From Dehalococcoidia bacterium (lineage in GTDB: Bacteria; Chloroflexota; Dehalococcoidia; UBA2979), in assembly GCA_964291495.2 (NCBI GenBank), contig OZ219872.1:1-64000 (forward strand): DNA of 64,000 nucleotides, written 5' to 3'. Each line of letters opens with the position of its first letter. Position 1 is the stretch's first letter. Made by a program: the position numbers and the translations under genes. Under the pieces are notes generated by a model. It was not told the DNA's origin. It did no database searches and saw only the letters and a list, made by a program, of their open reading frames with translations. Of this stretch, positions 63,876 to 64,000 are shown one piece after another.

Positions 63876-64000
63876 CTAGCGCTCGAACAGCTCGGGCAGG
63901 CCCTCGCGCCGCCTGCGCCACTCGAGCAGCGTGGCGACGGCGCGCGCGGCCCGCTCGAGGGTCGGGAAGACGGCGACGCCGCGCTCGTAGGCGGGCTGGC
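63876..64000 (-). CDS. C-terminus of a probable CoA-binding / ADP-forming acyl-CoA synthetase (partial)
   Basis: AYERGVAVFPTLERAARAVATLLEW...* resembles the G.PVFP..ERAA.A terminal motif. Confidence 0.55.
   Translation of the reverse strand, partial: QPAYERGVAVFPTLERAARAVATLLEWRRRREGLPELFER

Overview
This GC-rich window appears to be a chimera of two genomes joined at about 12,662. The left part (1 to ~12.66 kb) is alphaproteobacterial housekeeping DNA: 2-hydroxyacid dehydrogenase, SH3 protein, clpB, DUF4167, prmC, prfA, hisS, rodZ-like gene, nitronate monooxygenase and a 5'-truncated lysC. The right part looks like Chloroflexota (Dehalococcoidia-like), possibly host- or sponge-associated. 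It carries a truncated polyprenyl synthetase, a penicillin acylase, an MFS transporter, tsaC, DUF3500, an internally duplicated plant-type LRR lipoprotein and a guaA-purD-X-purE-cupin-purB-purC-purS cluster. Next come a FitAB/VapBC pair, an aminotransferase, a stand-alone murE, a two-component system with a MacAB-like exporter, and three paralogous small membrane proteins. The rest is a cobalamin-riboswitch btuFCD-cobO-cbiB-cobD-cbiP-PHP operon and many catabolic enzymes. Frameshifts cluster at ~8.5-19 kb and ~62.5-63.2 kb and look like low-coverage long-read errors. No rRNA, tRNA, CRISPR array, transposase or reverse transcriptase was seen. The best candidates for new biology are the LRR lipoprotein with constant and variable blocks, the adaptor protein with matched 3x33-aa modules on both hairpin arms, the membrane-protein triplet, the PHP gene in the cobamide operon and the murE with an altered specificity motif. 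All assignments come from motif recognition by eye; no database search was run.
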